64,000 bases of DNA from Ylistrum balloti (taxonomy: Eukaryota), in assembly GCF_031769215.1 (NCBI RefSeq), contig NW_026782592.1, positions 496,001-560,000 on the forward strand, written 5' to 3'. The notes under the pieces are model-generated. The model ran no database searches. It was not told the DNA's origin and saw only the letters and a program-made list of their open reading frames with translations. Positions 60,906-64,000 of this stretch are shown in pieces. The position numbers and the translations under genes are program-made. Within the stretch, counting starts at the first letter, position 1. Every line of letters starts with the position of its first letter.

Positions 60906-62029
60906 GTTTTTCCTATCTTTTATTGATATCAATAAAGCAAAAATACATAAACACATAAGTCAAGCACATACATCTTACCAAAACATTTATGAAATATAAA
61001 ACAAAAGATACTTGTTTTTAAATGTCCAGCTCAATGCAGAAAAAAATGGATAAAGACGAAACATATATTTCATTTTACTTTTGATTCTAATCAATGGGTT
61101 CTCAATAAAGAAATATTTCACAAAGTTTTCGCCTATCTTAAGATGTTTTGATTGTTTATCAAAGTTAATATATTGATCTGAAGTCTAAATTATTTTTTCT
61201 TTGTTATGAAAAATGGTAGCATGTAGTCTTCCGCTTTACATTCTGAATCGACCCATCTCATCAAAACGTCAAAGGATTCAAGCATTAACTGTATATCAGG
61301 GATACCTAAACTTTTCTTTTATCAGTAACTGTGCCGTAATTAATCAGATGAACATTATTCCATTAAAAAATTCCAATACATATATCTTTTTATTTCATTT
61401 TATAGTATACTTTGACAATAACAATATCCTAATGGCAGTTGCTCTGCCTTGTATTGTTAACATTTTTTGGCAACCGCAAATTCAAAATAGATTACATTGG
61501 TTTCAACTTTGCATCCCAACCTAGTGTAATGCAAAGTTTTACACTCTCTCGACAAAAATTCCAAGAACACATGTAACTTCTTTTCTAATTCCAACACCTA
61601 ATTTGTCTTTTTTCAGAATGCCGTTGTAGCAGCATAACAAATGACTTATCCCGTTTTATTATTAATTAATTAATTACCTATCAATTATAGCTCCAAAATC
61701 CTTATACTTCTAACAATTCAGAAACCTTTCCAGAATATTTACCTGAAAATGTAAGATTAGTATTATCAGCGTGTTAAAATACAATAGTTTTAATGATAAA
61801 ATTACATGGGATTATAATGCAACCTGTTGCAGGGCGTGTATTGTATCCCATAACAGCAAACTTCTTCAGAACTGCTTTCATTTAGCATTCCTTGGCAAAT
61901 GAATGCCCACGGGATAAGTGCAAATTCAACATGAAACGCGTCATGCTAAATGAATGCAGTTAAATGTTTTATTTATACATAATTTTCAATGTTCGCCTTG
62001 TTATAAGGGGCGAAACCTCGATTTATTTT

Positions 62030-64000
62030 ACCTTACTTGTGATATTCCTACGCCAGTGGCAGTTTATGAGCTGGTAATACACAATATACTTCAAAGTTAC
62101 ACCTACAGATGATGTTCTGCTATCGGTGACATCCCTTGTGTGTAGCATGTCACTGGTGTCTTTCCGCCGTGAAGCCTCTGATTTCGTCATCAGGTGGTAT
62201 CCAGTTCTCGTCAAATGTTTCTATACTCTGCAGCCCACCTCCACTGGGAATATCTATACAGTCCATCCCCTCTCTCTGCACTTTGCCATTAGCTCGCCAT
62301 ACTTCGTTTTCTTCCTTTCATGGGCCTCCTCGCAACATTCTTCCCATGGCACTGTTAGCTCTATTGCGATGAGTTTATACTTCCTTTTCCCTCTTTAACC
62401 CTGTCTGACAAACCGAATAGCAGAATGTCCGTCTTTCCGTCTACAGGATATCAGACAGTACTCTCAGTATATTGCCATGCCTCCATCGGTATCTTCCTTG
62501 CTGAAGTGCCTTCTTGCATCCAGACAGAATGTGAGACATTGACTTTCTCTGGTTGCATAGCCTGCAGATCGGGTCATCCGTCATTCCCCACTGGTGCAGA
62601 TTGGCCTACGGTGGGAAAATGTTATGAACGTATCTTAGAGTAAATGGTTCCATCCTCCACCATTCCGCCCATGTAAGCTTTCTCTCCGGTAGTTTCCATG
62701 TGGCCCATGTATTCAGCTTACTCAGTTCAACAGATTCCTGATTTGGTCTCTCCTCTTCTGCTCTCCGTACCTCCGTATGAACCATCTGCCGTCGCTCCTG
62801 AGTGTTTGTCCTTTCCCACTGCTGGATGTGTGAACAGCCAACACCTTGCCTTCCAACACATGTATTACCAATTGTGATCCTCAGCTCCAGCATACTCTAT
62901 GCTTCCCCTATAGCAGTTGCTGCAGACCACTCCCGTCCTTGTCTGTATCCCTGCATCATTGATCTTTGGAGTCCCGCACTGTCATTACAAGCTTGCACTT
63001 TGACACTTTGTGCTCCTCGTCGACTCCCGTTAGCGGCAATTGTAGTTCAGTAGAGCGTGCATACAGACCGATATCTGTAAAGTTTGGCGGGACCCCTAGA
63101 TACCTGTTCGCCACATTCCCTGAAGACCCCACTCTCATCGTCGGGCTCTCATACAGCAACAGCAACCATGTCAGTCTCGGTAGCATGCCATGCTGGTACA
63201 TCCAAGCCTTATACTTTCCTCTCCATCCATTAGTGTACGTGGACCAGGGTGTCCTTTTGGTTCTGACCATCCTTGACCTTTAGTGTGAACTGTTGGCTGA
63301 ATCAAGTAACGAAATTTCCGAATTTTAAACTGCATCCTTGCCCATGAACCCACCTCCTCCAGCGCAGTCAGCACCCATCTGGCTTGTACATGCGTTTTGG
63401 TTGTGACGGTAAGGTCATCGATGAACCTTCGGTTGGCTGGATGGTAGACACCAGACTCTATTCTTGGTCCTCTGATTTCCTTCTCCGCAGCCTTTATAGC
63501 GAGGTTCATTCCCATGAAAATTAGTGTTATAGTGCATCCTCTCACTATCCCTTTCTCCAGATCTATCCACTTTGTAGGGCATTCCCTAAATGCGAATCTC
63601 ATCTGCATCCCTCCGAAGAAGTCCATTATTGTTTCCTACCGTCTTAGGACATGATAATGCTCTAAGGTCACCTCAATCAACTTGTGTCGGGCTGACCCAT
63701 AAGCGTTGGCAAGATCCAACCAGACTACCGTCTGGTTATCTCTGCTTTTCTTGGCTTCCCTGATCAGTTAACCAATTGCACTTGTATGCTCTATACATCC
63801 AGAGAGCCCAGGAAAACTTCCCTTCTGGACTGAGGTGTCGACGTAGCTGTTCTCCACCATGTAGGATGTCACCCGCCTAGCGAAGGTGGAAAAGAAAATC
63901 TTTCCCTCAACGCTCAGCAAAGAGATGGTCCTAAACTGGTTTTTCTCCATTGTGGTAAAGACTCCCTCCGCTATTTTCCAACATGGCGGTATAATCCCTT
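62030..64000 (-). mobile_element. RLE-type non-LTR retrotransposon (HERO-like, R2/NeSL-related group), degenerate, continues beyond the window
   Basis: WKIAEG..QFRTISLLSVEGKIFF, SVQKG..PGLSGCIEH, VVWLDLANAYGS, GIVRGCTI, RFIDDL (RT); CRLC..SHILSGC..LQQGRYRWRH (CCHC knuckle); IELTVPWEE..HERKKTKY..FPVEVGCR (restriction-like endonuclease). Stops and frameshifts present. Clade assignment is from remembered motifs. Confidence 0.88.

Overview
AT-rich, intron-containing animal genomic DNA, most likely a bivalve mollusc. A scallop (Pectinidae) is my best guess, inferred only from repeat families I recognise from memory. Two protein-coding genes are well supported, both on +. (1) A complete 28-exon ankyrin-repeat gene, 23530..49121, 3102 nt of CDS, 1033 aa. 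It is the homologue of vertebrate ANKRD28/ANKRD44/ANKRD52 (PP6 regulatory ankyrin subunit). I traced every exon by hand: all introns are GT-AG and all phases are compatible. (2) An intronless, secreted Yellow/major royal jelly protein (MRJP) family gene, 58102..59322, 406 aa, with a plausible TATA box and polyA signal. This is the most notable element, because the family is mainly known from insects and bacteria and is patchy elsewhere. The rest is decayed mobile DNA: two Tx1/L1-clade LINE relics (one partly inside a 1116-bp tandem duplication), a HERO-like RLE-type non-LTR element running off the window end, three Penelope-like 3' relics, tRNA-derived SINEs, MITEs and Helentron-like elements. 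At least seven minisatellites are present, several producing spurious ORFs and three sitting on splice sites of the ankyrin gene. No CRISPR array, rRNA or intact tRNA was found. I cannot claim a wholly new system; the leads below are ranked hypotheses.
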